Below, piece by piece: positions 63,177 to 64,000 of a DNA stretch of 64,000 bases. The stretch is from Squalus acanthias. Lineage: Eukaryota. The notes below the pieces were generated by a model. It was not told the DNA's origin. It ran no database searches and saw only the letters and a program-made list of their open reading frames with translations. The stretch lies in NCBI GenBank assembly GCA_030390025.1, contig CM059431.1, forward strand, positions 127,660,001-127,724,000, written 5' to 3'. Made by a program: the position numbers and the translations under genes. Positions within the stretch are counted from its first letter, which is position 1. Each line of letters starts with the position of its first letter.

Positions 63177-64000
63177 TATGGTAAACTAGACTGACCTCAG
63201 AAACTTCAGTGGGCTCAGGAAGTGAGAAAGAATTTCACCCTGTTATTATTCCACCTGGAATTTTGCCAAAGCAGAAATTCTGGGCTGTTATGCACACCTG
63301 TAATATTAATTAAACCATGGCCTACTGTTAGGTGCAAATAGACTCAGTAGATTTTTTTAATTGCTTGCTAATATATCAAGGGCTCGACTAATAGTCTTTG
63401 TCATGCTTTTGCTATATTTCATAGGTTCATTAAGCAGCCACTGATGGATGAGGAACAGATTAACTGGAATCCCTTTAATTGATGGTGACTGTCTCCCCAA
63501 CATCTGAACATCAGATAAGATTTGCAAACCATGTTTGACAGAAGATGATGTGTTGGTTTAACCTTCAACTCATGAAAATGTCAATTCTTTGAGAAGGATG
63601 AAAATTCTTCATCACGTGGCTATGCTAAAGGTACATGTGCCTGATCCTAGTAAAGCTGTATACTTTTCTTGCCAAGCAACAGATTTATTAACTTGTATAT
63701 CGGTATTGGAGTTTAATTCTCAGGGGCAACTATTCCTTTAAAAATGTATTATAAAAATATGAAAAACTAGAAATGGTGAAGTTTCCAACAAAGTGAATAA
63801 GAAATGGCCCCGATTTTAACTCTGGTCGGGTTTTGGGTGGCGGCGTGAGTTAAAAACTCACTCGCTGCTCCAGAAATGAGGCATAGGGTAATTTGAATCC
63901 CCGGCTTCATTTAAATCCCACTGGCTGACTTCCCAACCATTCCAGGTGGGAAATGGTAGAAAATCACATGGCCTGGAGGCCACCCACTGACAGCAGATGG

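Overview
Repeat-dominated vertebrate genomic DNA, intronic or intergenic. The repeat repertoire (CR1 LINEs, L2, Deu-type tRNA SINEs, Penelope elements, many PIF/Harbinger transposons and MITEs) points to a cartilaginous fish (shark); this is inference. No host gene can be called with confidence, and almost every listed ORF is a decayed transposon frame or a repeat artefact. The window holds: about ten CR1 fragments; three copies of a compact endonuclease-RT LINE, two with a tRNA-like 5' head; several LTR insertions, three with readable TSDs and one with a tRNA-Leu PBS; three HARBI1-like transposase pseudogenes with their Myb/SANT partner genes; nested MITEs; a 69-bp minisatellite; and a Penelope inverted insertion carrying a hammerhead-ribozyme motif. 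The most unusual signal is the compact LINE family. It has Pol III A/B boxes at its 5' end, no room for ORF1, and by manual scan almost no sense-strand TTTT (Pol III terminator) over ~3 kb. This suggests a Pol III-transcribed autonomous retrotransposon with its own internally deleted SINE. All boundaries were read by eye and are approximate unless a TSD or TIR is quoted.
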